A stretch of 64,000 nt of DNA from an uncultured Bacteroidales bacterium (lineage in GTDB: Bacteria; Bacteroidota; Bacteroidia; Bacteroidales; Bacteroidaceae), in assembly GCA_902775975.1 (NCBI GenBank), contig CACYOC010000014.1:14105-78104 (forward strand), written 5' to 3'. Both the position numbers and the translations under genes were made by a program. The notes under the pieces were generated by a model that ran no database searches, was not told where the DNA came from, and saw only the letters and a program-made list of their open reading frames with translations. This document shows positions 19,469-28,148 of the stretch, one piece after another. How positions within the stretch are numbered: the first letter of the stretch is position 1; each line of letters opens with the position of its first letter.

Positions 19469-20143
19469 CTATTGTCTTGTAACCACGCTGACAAAGTCGT
19501 AAGGCCCCATTGTCCTACCGAGATATTTAGCCAGTCCGGTATCTCCCTCTTCACCGTTCTGCACGATGCCACCGTTGTTCATATCGTAGGTCTTCTTGCA
19601 CTTCTGACAAGTGGCAATGCCCTTGCTGTCGATAGTCAGCCGGTAGGTGGGCGTCAACGTGTTGTTGTCGCGACGTACGCAGTTGGGACATTGCAGGTCG
19701 TAAGCCACAAAGCCGCCGTTAGGTTCGTTTATCAAGGTCTGGAAACCGACGATGATGCCGTTGTTGAGGCCCAGGATGAACTTCGCCATCTTCTCCTCTT
19801 CCGACTCGGGCTGCTCGGAACTGCTGCCGTTGTTGTTTTCGAATACTACGAACTTCCTGCCGGCGTGTGTCGTCTCGCTAATGATGCAGAAGATGCCCCG
19901 TGAGGCTTCGCTCATGGAAGCTGCCAGCGTGGCGTCCTGGTGTATCAGGTTGTTGTAGGCAAAGCGGCAGGGCCACGTGCTGTATTCGCCTGTCGAGGTA
20001 GGATTGAAGATGTCGCCCAACATCTCCCCCGACTTTCCACAAGAGGTGTAAAGAACCACCATCAGGCAGAGCAGAGCGCTGCGTACTGTCAGGCGGCGTC
20101 CTCTCTTGATGGCTTCTGTTCTATGTTGTTGCTTACCTCTCAT
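19469..20143 (-). CDS. Putative lipoprotein with two CxxC motifs (Rieske-like/zinc-binding fold)
   Basis: Lipobox YTSC; AYDLQCPNC and CQKC; true start uncertain. Confidence 0.65.
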   Translation of the reverse strand: MRGKQQHRTEAIKRGRRLTVRSALLCLMVVLYTSCGKSGEMLGDIFNPTSTGEYSTWPCRFAYNNLIHQDATLAASMSEASRGIFCIISETTHAGRKFVVFENNNGSSSEQPESEEEKMAKFILGLNNGIIVGFQTLINEPNGGFVAYDLQCPNCVRRDNNTLTPTYRLTIDSKGIATCQKCKKTYDMNNGGIVQNGEEGDTGLAKYLGRTMGPYDFVSVVTRQ

Positions 20144-20163
20144 GGTGGGTTGTTGTCGTTACT

Positions 20164-21507
20164 TTATTTGCTATTCAGCAGCTGCTTCTCTGCCTTTTGC
20201 ATTTTCTCGAAGGCGAAACCTTCGAGCACGGTAGCCATCAGGGCGCTGATGCGGTCGTTGCACAGGTTGCCGATGGAGCCTTCATGGGTGTGATGAATGT
20301 TCTTGTCGGGACGGAAGGTGCCAGCCTCGATGTCGAGGCCGACTTGCTTGTAGGCGTCTCTGAAGGGTAAACCTTCAGACGCGAGCTTGTTGACGGTCTC
20401 TACGCTGAACATCGGGTCGTACATGGGGTTGTCGAGGATGTCCTCGCGTACCTCTATCTTATTGATGATGTAGGCGGTCATCTGCAGACAGTCCTTCAGC
20501 TCATCGAAGGCAGGCAGGAACACCTCCTTGATAATCTGCAGGTCGCGGAAGTAGCCCACAGGTAGGTTGTTCATGATGAGCATAATCTGCTGGGGCAGCG
20601 CCTGTATCTTGTTGCACTTGGCACGAATGAGTTCGAAGACGTCGGGGTTCTTCTTATGCGGCATGATGCTTGAGCCCGTGGTACACTCCTTCGGCAAGCG
20701 GACGAACGAGAAGTTCTGCGAGTTGAACAGGCAAGCGTCGAACGCCAGCTTTGCCAGTGTGCCGGCGATGGTGGCAAGGGCAAAGCCTACGTTGCGCTCC
20801 GTCTTGCCGCGTCCCATCTGGGCATACACCACGTTATAGTCCATCGTGTCAAAGCCCAGCAGGTCGGTGGTCATCTGTCGGTTCAAGGGGAACGACGAGC
20901 CGTAACCGGCGGCAGAGCCTAACGGATTGCGGTTCGTCATCTTGTAGGCGGCCTGTAGGAAGAGCATATCGTCGCAAAGACTCTCGGCGTAAGCACCGAA
21001 CCACAGTCCGAAGCTGCTGGGCATCGCCACCTGTAGATGCGTATAGCCGGGCATCAGCACGTGCTTGTACTGCTCGCTCTTCTGGATGAGCTCGTCGAAG
21101 AGTACCTTCACGCCGTCAGCCACCTCCATGAGTTCGTGGCGGGTGAAGAGTTTCAGATCGACCAGCACCTGGTCGTTGCGTGAGCGACCGGAGTGAATCT
21201 TCTTGCCCATGTCGCCCAATTTGCGGGTCAGCATCAGCTCTACCTGCGAGTGGACATCCTCTACACCGTCCTCGATGCGGAACTCGCCGCGTTCGCAGAT
21301 GGCATAGATGTTGCGCAACTCCTGCAACAGCAGGGGCAGTTCGTCCTTGCCGATGAGGCCTATCGACTCCAGCATGGTGATGTGCGCCATAGAGCCCAGC
21401 ACGTCGTACTTGGCAAGATAGAGGTCCATCTCGCGGTCGCGGCCTACCGTAAAGCGCTCAATCTCGGCGTTCACCTCGAAGTTCTTTTCCCAGAGTTTGT
21501 TTGCCAT
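20164..21507 (-). CDS. argH: Argininosuccinate lyase
   Basis: HSGRSRNDQ, MPGYTHLQ, GSSIMPHKKNPD. Confidence 0.96.
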   Translation of the reverse strand: MANKLWEKNFEVNAEIERFTVGRDREMDLYLAKYDVLGSMAHITMLESIGLIGKDELPLLLQELRNIYAICERGEFRIEDGVEDVHSQVELMLTRKLGDMGKKIHSGRSRNDQVLVDLKLFTRHELMEVADGVKVLFDELIQKSEQYKHVLMPGYTHLQVAMPSSFGLWFGAYAESLCDDMLFLQAAYKMTNRNPLGSAAGYGSSFPLNRQMTTDLLGFDTMDYNVVYAQMGRGKTERNVGFALATIAGTLAKLAFDACLFNSQNFSFVRLPKECTTGSSIMPHKKNPDVFELIRAKCNKIQALPQQIMLIMNNLPVGYFRDLQIIKEVFLPAFDELKDCLQMTAYIINKIEVREDILDNPMYDPMFSVETVNKLASEGLPFRDAYKQVGLDIEAGTFRPDKNIHHTHEGSIGNLCNDRISALMATVLEGFAFEKMQKAEKQLLNSK

Positions 21508-21519
21508 AGTTGTTTTTTC

Positions 21520-21571
21520 TTATGGGGCTTATGGGTCCTATAGGGCCTGTAAGGCTTATAGGGCTTATGAG
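21520..21571. repeat. Degenerate 9-mer tandem repeat (CTTATGGGG-like) at SRPBCC-argH junction
   Basis: ttatggggcttatgggtcctatagggcctgtaaggcttatagggcttatgag. Confidence 0.7.
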
Positions 21572-21981
21572 TTATAAGGAATCTGTGCCAGCACGTCGGC
21601 TATCTTCTCTATGCCGTCCTGCAGCGGTCCGGCGACCATTCCCTTCAGCATGATGGGGATGTCGGCCTTCACCGTCACCTTCATCTTGCTGGTGTTTGTA
21701 TCCACGGGCAGCACCTGAATCCACAGGTTGAAGGGCAGCGGCGACTGCTCGGCCTCGAACTTGACACACTTGTTTTCTTCGCGCTCAATGATGCGCAGCT
21801 TGATGGTGCCTACAGGAGGCACGCTGACCTGTACGGAGTCGCTGTCGAACGCAAAGTCCTGCAGCTTGTCCTCCGGCACTCTGTCGCGGACACGCTCCAG
21901 ATTGCTCAGGTCGCTGATATTTTTATAGACAGCCTCTACGGGGTAGGGTATCTGCTTAATGCTACTTTCAAATTTTGACAT
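21565..21981 (-). CDS. SRPBCC/polyketide-cyclase-like protein
   Basis: 138 aa with START-like pattern, between pyrE and argH. Confidence 0.75.
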   Translation of the reverse strand: MSKFESSIKQIPYPVEAVYKNISDLSNLERVRDRVPEDKLQDFAFDSDSVQVSVPPVGTIKLRIIEREENKCVKFEAEQSPLPFNLWIQVLPVDTNTSKMKVTVKADIPIMLKGMVAGPLQDGIEKIADVLAQIPYNS

Positions 21982-22021
21982 TGTATGATGGGATTAATGG
22001 GAATGATGGGCGGGATGGGAA

Positions 22022-22654
22022 CTATACTCCCCACTTGCTGGGGTCTTTGCGCCACTCCTTCAGCACTTCCAGTTCGTCTTTCTTGATATAGCCCGTCTCG
22101 GCAGCCTGCTCCAGCACGGCATTGTAGTCGCTGAGCGTTACCAGCTGCACGCCAGCTTGGCGGAAAGCCTCTTCGGCAACGGGGAAGCCGTAGGTGAACG
22201 ATGCCACCATGCCCACTACTTCTACGCCGTACTGGCGCAGAGCTTCGACAGCCTTCAGACTACTGCCGCCCGTAGAGATGAGGTCTTCTACCACTACCAC
22301 CTTGACACCCTTCTGGAGTTCTCCCTCCACCTGGTTGCCCATGCCATGGTCTTTCGGCTTCGGACGGACATAGGCGTAGGGCAGTCCTAACTCGTCGGCC
22401 ACCAAGGCTCCTTGAGCAATGGCGCCTGTTGCCACTCCTGCCACCGCCTCAGCCTCAGGGAAGTGCTGCTGTATGGCGTGACATAGCTCCAGTTTCACAA
22501 ACGAGCGGACGTCAGCGTATCCTAACGTCTTGCGGTTGTCGGTATAGATGGGCGATTTCCAGCCGCTGGCCCATGTGAACGGGTCGTTGGGCTGCAGTTT
22601 GATGGCTTTGATATCCATCAGCTTCTGTGCGAAGCGTTTCTTGATTGTATCCAT
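22022..22654 (-). CDS. pyrE: Orotate phosphoribosyltransferase
   Basis: FTWASGWKSPIYTDNR, VVVEDLISTGGSS PRPP motif. Confidence 0.96.
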   Translation of the reverse strand: MDTIKKRFAQKLMDIKAIKLQPNDPFTWASGWKSPIYTDNRKTLGYADVRSFVKLELCHAIQQHFPEAEAVAGVATGAIAQGALVADELGLPYAYVRPKPKDHGMGNQVEGELQKGVKVVVVEDLISTGGSSLKAVEALRQYGVEVVGMVASFTYGFPVAEEAFRQAGVQLVTLSDYNAVLEQAAETGYIKKDELEVLKEWRKDPSKWGV

Positions 22655-22675
22655 GTTGTATTGCTATTCAGAGAT

Positions 22676-22973
22676 TTATATCAGCCAGTCTTCTTCTGTA
22701 AAAGGCTGCAATCCCATTTTCTGCATAGTGGCAGATGAGATAACAGTAGCAAAAGACCCAGTATCAACTTTGGCATCAATCATACACCTCATCCCAGTTG
22801 ATGGGTTCTCCAGCACTAATGGGACGTGAATTTGTACGCATGGGGCGGGTAATCGTACGTTCATGTTCTGAATTCTTTTTTCCGCTACTCACAATGACAG
22901 GAACAGGAATCTTGAGATTCCTACCACCTATACGGTTAATAGAAGGTACTTGCTTAAATTTCCTTGTTTCCAT
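22676..22973 (-). pseudogene. Probable degraded retropepsin-like aspartic protease gene (overlapping short ORFs 22776-22973 and 22676-22864)
   Basis: AKVDTGSFATVIS motif in a 62-aa ORF lacking the C-terminal LLG half; own promoter at 22998-23029. Confidence 0.5.
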
Positions 22974-23028
22974 AATTGCAATTCTTGTTTCTCGCTGCAA
23001 AAGTAAGCATAATAAGTGAGAAAACCAA

Positions 23029-23079
23029 ATAAAAAGGGGAAAAACAAATGCGGCAGGCCGTTCGGGGGCTTGCCGCATT
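23029..23079 (-). terminator. Intrinsic terminator after small peptide gene
   Basis: AATGCGGCAGGCC...GGCTTGCCGCATT stem, U-rich tail on minus strand. Confidence 0.75.
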
Positions 23080-23103
23080 CATTGTTGTATTGCTATTCAG
23101 AGA

Positions 23104-23247
23104 TTAATACTCATCGTCGTCGAATTCGTATTCGCGACCGAGAACTTCTGCATCGGATGCTGCTTCTGTTGTACTATAGCTCACGAGAAGTGTCGTGTAC
23201 TTCATCTTTACCACGTTGGTGATAGGTGCAATATATGTCTTTTTCAT
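23104..23247 (-). CDS. 47-aa small protein MKKTYIAPITNVVKMKYTTLLVSYSTTEAASDAEVLGREYEFDDDEY (below ORF-track cutoff)
   Basis: Manual translation; starts 20 nt after the upstream gene's stop, AGGAGG upstream, terminator downstream. Confidence 0.75.
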   Translation of the reverse strand: MKKTYIAPITNVVKMKYTTLLVSYSTTEAASDAEVLGREYEFDDDEY

Positions 23248-23267
23248 ATTTGTGTCCTCCTAATAGA

Positions 23268-24572
23268 TTATTTCATGATTACTTTCTTACCATTCACGAT
23301 GTACAGACCCTTAGCAGGCTGAGCTACACGCTGACCAGCGAGGTTGAAGAACTCACCATTCATCTTCTGTGAAGCCTTAGCAGCCTCAATGCCTGTGGTT
23401 TCGTCCTCGAACCAGAAATACTCATGAGCACCAACGTAAGTAGAAGGAATCTGCAAGTATGCTTTGCCTGTTGCAACAGTATTGCCATCCGAGTTAACTT
23501 TGTAGAACTTCAGATCAGCAGAACCGCTGACTGTCTTGTTCGTAAGAATAAAGTTGGTGTTACCACTACCGTCTGTCTGAGGAACTGTTGCTCCTGTTCC
23601 AGGCTTCAGCCAGTTTGTTCCAGGAGCGCTCAGTGCTGAAGCGGCAGGGGTAAACGTCACTTCACCAGAACCTTCCAACAAAGCACCTTGATCTGCAGGA
23701 ATACCATCAGAGAATTCACTGATTGAAAGTTGTCCTCCATCTATACCTGTGCAATAGTATGCTGTGGCACCATCAACGGCTACATCGTAAGTAGAGCTGA
23801 AGGTAGCATACCCAATACTGGGGTTGATGGTGCGAGTGAAGTAAGGAGCAATTGAGTAAGAATCGTTTTCTGCATCAAGTGTAAATTCAAAATAAGCAGG
23901 GACATAATTTGTTTTCCAACTATTAGAATTCTCACCGTCAAGAGCTTTGAAATAGCCACAATTTCTATTGGATGCATTCTTAAAACTAAGAATTTGATGT
24001 TCGTTCCATGGACGCAACATGTAATACCAACGATCATCGCTAGAACCATAATTGTCTATTGCAAAATAAGGAACCATAAAGTATTCTCCATTTCCTGGTG
24101 AAGTTTGGTTATTCAATGTAGCCGTAAAAGTATTTCCATCTGTAGAAGTCATTGCAGTTTTCGTTCCATCAGCTTTGTACAGATAATAGCCCATGTCATG
24201 TGTGGTATAGGAAAATACTGTACCATTTCCGTCACTAGAGAACATTAAATACTTATCTTTAATGGTCACATTTTCAATATTTGCAGATTTCCAGCTATCA
24301 CCATTACCTGAAATCAATATCATATTAATTGTTTCTGGAAAATCGGCATCAATATAATACCAGTTAGTTGAGCCAATTTGGGTCATGCGATTGTCTTCAG
24401 AGTTGTATTCTCCTGTATACTTATTTCCAGAAGTGTCCCAAGTATATATTTTCGTTCCTCCAGAGTAAGTTTTCCAGTTGTCCACCATGTAAATGAACAA
24501 TCTAGTAGTTGTCGCACTCGCCGTACCAACTATCCCCGCCAATACGAGGATAAGAGTAACTAATTTTTTCAT
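23268..24572 (-). CDS. T9SS-secreted surface protein with N-terminal CBM26/starch-binding-like module
   Basis: Signal peptide; KIYTWD...MTQIGSTNWYY; C-terminal TTGI...FNLAGQRV...KGLYIVNGKKVIMK CTD. Confidence 0.8.
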   Translation of the reverse strand: MKKLVTLILVLAGIVGTASATTTRLFIYMVDNWKTYSGGTKIYTWDTSGNKYTGEYNSEDNRMTQIGSTNWYYIDADFPETINMILISGNGDSWKSANIENVTIKDKYLMFSSDGNGTVFSYTTHDMGYYLYKADGTKTAMTSTDGNTFTATLNNQTSPGNGEYFMVPYFAIDNYGSSDDRWYYMLRPWNEHQILSFKNASNRNCGYFKALDGENSNSWKTNYVPAYFEFTLDAENDSYSIAPYFTRTINPSIGYATFSSTYDVAVDGATAYYCTGIDGGQLSISEFSDGIPADQGALLEGSGEVTFTPAASALSAPGTNWLKPGTGATVPQTDGSGNTNFILTNKTVSGSADLKFYKVNSDGNTVATGKAYLQIPSTYVGAHEYFWFEDETTGIEAAKASQKMNGEFFNLAGQRVAQPAKGLYIVNGKKVIMK

Positions 24573-24871
24573 AAGCATAGTTTTTTTTGTTAATTAGTAT
24601 TTTTATTATGAATTATCATCTAACCCATAGACAAAATGCCGCAGTCGGGAGGGGAAAACTAAACGAAGTTAGGAATTCTGAGCATCAGCTCACCCACAAC
24701 TGCAAACATTTTTCGGGGGCAAAAGTACAAACTTTCAACGAAACAACAAAGAAAAAAGGCAAAAATTTTTATTTTTGTGTGCAAATAGTTGTGCAACGCT
24801 CTACATTTGCAAGTGTTCAGGAGGGCGCTTGCAACAAGTGAACACTTTGTTTACATTTTGTCCGGACGGTA

Positions 24872-24946
24872 TAAACAATTTGTTTAGACGGCTTAAACAA
24901 CTTGTTTAGACCATATAAACAACTTGTTCAGACGGCTTAAACAACT
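24872..24946. repeat. 22-bp-period palindromic tandem repeat (TAAACAAYTTGTTTA-N7), four unit starts, last one partial
   Basis: Units start at 24872, 24894, 24916, 24938. Confidence 0.9.
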
Positions 24947-25120
24947 CGCAAACTGGGGGGTAAAAGCAAATAAATGGCTTTTTGTTTGGCTTTTTACTCA
25001 CTTATTCGTACTTTGACTAACGTCGAAAGTAGGCTGCATTTCGGAAATAAAAACAAAAAATCCTTTTTTTTGTTTTGTATTTCGCTCAATTTGCACTACC
25101 TTTGCAGGCGATTAGCAAAG

Positions 25121-25207
25121 TGCTTGTCAAGGGGTGCTCACGAGTGTGGGCTGAGATGATACCCTCGAACCTGATACGGATAATGCCGTCGTAGGGATGA
25201 CAGAGTG
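25121..25207 (+). promoter_or_regulatory. TPP riboswitch
   Basis: GGGGTGC...GCTGAGA...ATACCC..GAACCTGAT..GATAATGCC..CGTAGGGA consensus; upstream of thiamine uptake genes; TACCTTTG promoter at 25097. Confidence 0.95.
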
Positions 25208-25254
25208 TTTTATTTCTCCCCTTATTTGTTCTATATAATAATAAGGTATAAGAA

Positions 25255-27525
25255 ATGAGAAAGATTTTCTTTATGGTTTTGGCAGCAACTGCCATGAGTG
25301 TTCAGGCTCAGCAGGAGGATACGCTGAAGACGTATTTGCTGCAAGATGTGCAGGTGGTATCGACGCGTGCGTCGAAGAAGACGCCAATGGCGTTCTCTGA
25401 CGTCACGCAACAGCAGCTGAAGGCCGTCAACTTCGGACAGGACGTGCCCTATCTGTTGTCGCTGACGCCCAGCGTGACGATGACCAGCGACGCGGGCAAC
25501 GGCATCGGTTACACGTCGCTCAGAGTGCGTGGTACCGACCCCAGTCGTATCAACATTACGGCAAACGGTATTCCCCTGAACGACGCTGAGAGCTCTACGG
25601 TGTTCTGGGTGAACATGGGCGATTTCGCCAGCAGCGTGAAGTCGATGCAGATACAGCGCGGCGTAGGAACATCGACGAACGGCGCCGGAGCCTTCGGTGC
25701 CACGTTGAATATGTTGACGGAGAACATCGGCACGACGCCCTTCGTAGGCATCGACATGAGTGGCGGCTCGTACTACAGTCACAAGGAGACGGTGCGCTTC
25801 GGCACGGGAATGATTAACGGTCACTGGGGCATACAGGGCCGACTCAGCAACATCGGTTCGAAGGGCTATCTGGACCGTGCCTCCACAAAGCTGAACAGCT
25901 ATCTGCTGCAGGCAGGATACTTCGGCGAGAACACCGTGGTGAAGCTCGTCACGTGGAACGGCATAGAGGAGACCTACCACGCCTGGAACTACACGTCGAA
26001 GTATGAGCAGTCGCGCTTCGGACGCCGCTACAACTCGTGCGGACTCATCAGCAAGGATGCTAACGGCAATCCCACCGCTTACTATAAGGACCAGACGGAC
26101 AACTACCACCAGCAGAACTACCAGCTGATATGGAACCAGCGCCTGAACAATGTTCTGAACCTCAACGCAGCCCTGCACTATACCAGAGGTGATGGCTATT
26201 ACGAGGAATACAAACGTAAGCGCACCTTGTTTGAGTACGACTTGGATCCCGAGATGACATGGGCCAGCAGCGACCTGGTGCGCAAGAAGAAGATGGCTAA
26301 CGACTTCTATGGCGCTGTGGCTTCGATTCAGTATGACAACAAGAGCAACCTGCAGGCTGTACTGGGAGGCGGATGGAACAAGTATAAAGGTGACCACTAC
26401 GGTTTGGTAACATGGGTGAAGAATCCTGTAAAAGCTCTGATGCCTGACCACAAATATTACGACGACAAGACAAAGAAGACCGACTTCAACGTCTATGGAA
26501 AGGTGACCTACGAATTCCTGCGCGGTCTGAATGCCTACGTTGACCTGCAATATCGACACGTGGGACTTAAGATGGACGGTCCCACTGATGAAATCGACTG
26601 GAATGTCAACAAGCGCATCGTCTATGGTATGAAAGAGTCTTTCGACTTCTTCAATCCCAAAGTCGGATTGAACTATGACATCACCCCCAACCACAAGGTT
26701 TTCGTGTCGTATGCCATTGCCCACAAAGAACCTACGCGTAACAACTTCCAGAACAGCCTGAATGCCGGACTGGAGATGCCTAAGGCCGAGCGACTGAATG
26801 ACCTGGAAGTGGGCTATAAATACCAGAGCAAGGTGTTCACAGCTGGCGCGAACCTCTACTGGATGGACTACAAGGACCAGTTTGTATTGACTGGTGAAAT
26901 CGACCAAATTGGCGAGGCCATCACACGCAACATGCCGAAGAGCTATCGTCTGGGTATCGAACTGGAGGCTGCCGTAAAACCTATCGACTGGTTCCGCTGG
27001 GACGTGAATGCCACCTGGTCGAAGAACCGCGTAAAGGACATCACCGTGCAGTTGGCTGATGGCAGCGTGGCTAACCTTGGCAACCAGCCGCTGGCTTTCT
27101 CGCCAGAATGGATAGCCAACAACATCTTCACATTCAATTACAAAGGCATGAAAGCCAGCATCCAGAGCCAATATGTCAGCAAGCAGTACCTGACGAACAC
27201 TGGCTTCGAGAGCTATCGGACACTCGATGATAATGATAAGCCCGTAGATGTGGGCATGATGCTCGACGGACACTTCACCACCAACATTGACCTGTCGTAT
27301 AACTTCAAACTACCCAAGTTCGGCCTAAAGGATGCTACCATCGGTGTAACACTCTACAACCTGTTCTCTGCTGAATACGACAACAACGGATGGGCCGCTC
27401 CTGCCTATACCAAGGAGAACGGCAACGTTGTGGCTACTGGCTACGGCACTCATGACCAGTACGAGGCTGGCTTTGCACCCTCGGCACCATTCAACATGAT
27501 GGCGCACCTGTCGGTGAATTTTTAA
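25255..27525 (+). CDS. TonB-dependent receptor, thiamine uptake
   Basis: Plug domain (SDAGNGIGYTSLRVRG), C-terminal Phe; TPP riboswitch and pnuC/TPK context. Confidence 0.92.
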   Translation: MRKIFFMVLAATAMSVQAQQEDTLKTYLLQDVQVVSTRASKKTPMAFSDVTQQQLKAVNFGQDVPYLLSLTPSVTMTSDAGNGIGYTSLRVRGTDPSRINITANGIPLNDAESSTVFWVNMGDFASSVKSMQIQRGVGTSTNGAGAFGATLNMLTENIGTTPFVGIDMSGGSYYSHKETVRFGTGMINGHWGIQGRLSNIGSKGYLDRASTKLNSYLLQAGYFGENTVVKLVTWNGIEETYHAWNYTSKYEQSRFGRRYNSCGLISKDANGNPTAYYKDQTDNYHQQNYQLIWNQRLNNVLNLNAALHYTRGDGYYEEYKRKRTLFEYDLDPEMTWASSDLVRKKKMANDFYGAVASIQYDNKSNLQAVLGGGWNKYKGDHYGLVTWVKNPVKALMPDHKYYDDKTKKTDFNVYGKVTYEFLRGLNAYVDLQYRHVGLKMDGPTDEIDWNVNKRIVYGMKESFDFFNPKVGLNYDITPNHKVFVSYAIAHKEPTRNNFQNSLNAGLEMPKAERLNDLEVGYKYQSKVFTAGANLYWMDYKDQFVLTGEIDQIGEAITRNMPKSYRLGIELEAAVKPIDWFRWDVNATWSKNRVKDITVQLADGSVANLGNQPLAFSPEWIANNIFTFNYKGMKASIQSQYVSKQYLTNTGFESYRTLDDNDKPVDVGMMLDGHFTTNIDLSYNFKLPKFGLKDATIGVTLYNLFSAEYDNNGWAAPAYTKENGNVVATGYGTHDQYEAGFAPSAPFNMMAHLSVNF

Positions 27526-27560
27526 GTGATTAGTGATTAGTGGTTAGTTATTAGTGAAAG

Positions 27561-28148
27561 ATGACGCTTGACTGGTTGGACATATTGACCACGATACTCG
27601 GCTTGATATACATCTTGCTGGAGTATCGGGCCAGCGTATGGCTGTGGCTCTTCGGTATTATCATGCCGGCCTTGGACATCTATCTCTACTGGAGCCACGG
27701 TCTTTATGGCGATGCCGGAATGGCGTGCTACTATGTGTTAGCCGCCATTTACGGCTTCGCCGTTTGGAAATTCAAGAAGACGCGCAACACTCACGAAGAA
27801 CTGCCCATCATCAAGATGCCTCGCGACAAATATCTCCCTGTCGCTGTCTGTTTCTTCCTGGCTTGGGGCGTCACCTATTATATATTAATAAGGTGGACGA
27901 ACTCGACCGTTCCCCTGCAAGACTCGTTTACCAATGCACTCAGCTTCGTCGGCATGTGGGCGCTGGCTCGCAAGTATGTGGAGCAGTGGCTCTTCTGGAT
28001 TGTGGTCGATGCGGTGTGTAGCGTGCTCTACATCCAGAAAGGCATCCCCTTCAAGGCAGGGCTTTATGGACTTTACGTAGTGATAGCCGTCGTGGGCTAT
28101 TTCAAATGGATGAAGATGAGAAAGATTACGAAGTATGAAAAAGTTTGA
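27561..28148 (+). CDS. pnuC: PnuC-family transporter (PnuT, thiamine)
   Basis: DSFTNALS...WALARKYVEQWLFWIVVD motif. Confidence 0.9.
   Translation: MTLDWLDILTTILGLIYILLEYRASVWLWLFGIIMPALDIYLYWSHGLYGDAGMACYYVLAAIYGFAVWKFKKTRNTHEELPIIKMPRDKYLPVAVCFFLAWGVTYYILIRWTNSTVPLQDSFTNALSFVGMWALARKYVEQWLFWIVVDAVCSVLYIQKGIPFKAGLYGLYVVIAVVGYFKWMKMRKITKYEKV

Larger units (their letters stand above)
22654..23105. repeat. 23-bp direct repeat TGTTGTATTGCTATTCAGAGATT at 22654-22676 and 23083-23105
   Basis: Exact match read by eye; copies offset by 429 bp. Confidence 0.9.

Noticed and set aside
24872..24946. Possible CRISPR array
   Set aside because: 22-bp period with 7-nt recurring spacers and no cas genes
25231..27273. 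680-aa antisense ORF opposite the thiamine TonB receptor
   Set aside because: Shadow frame of a strongly codon-biased gene; no recognisable motifs
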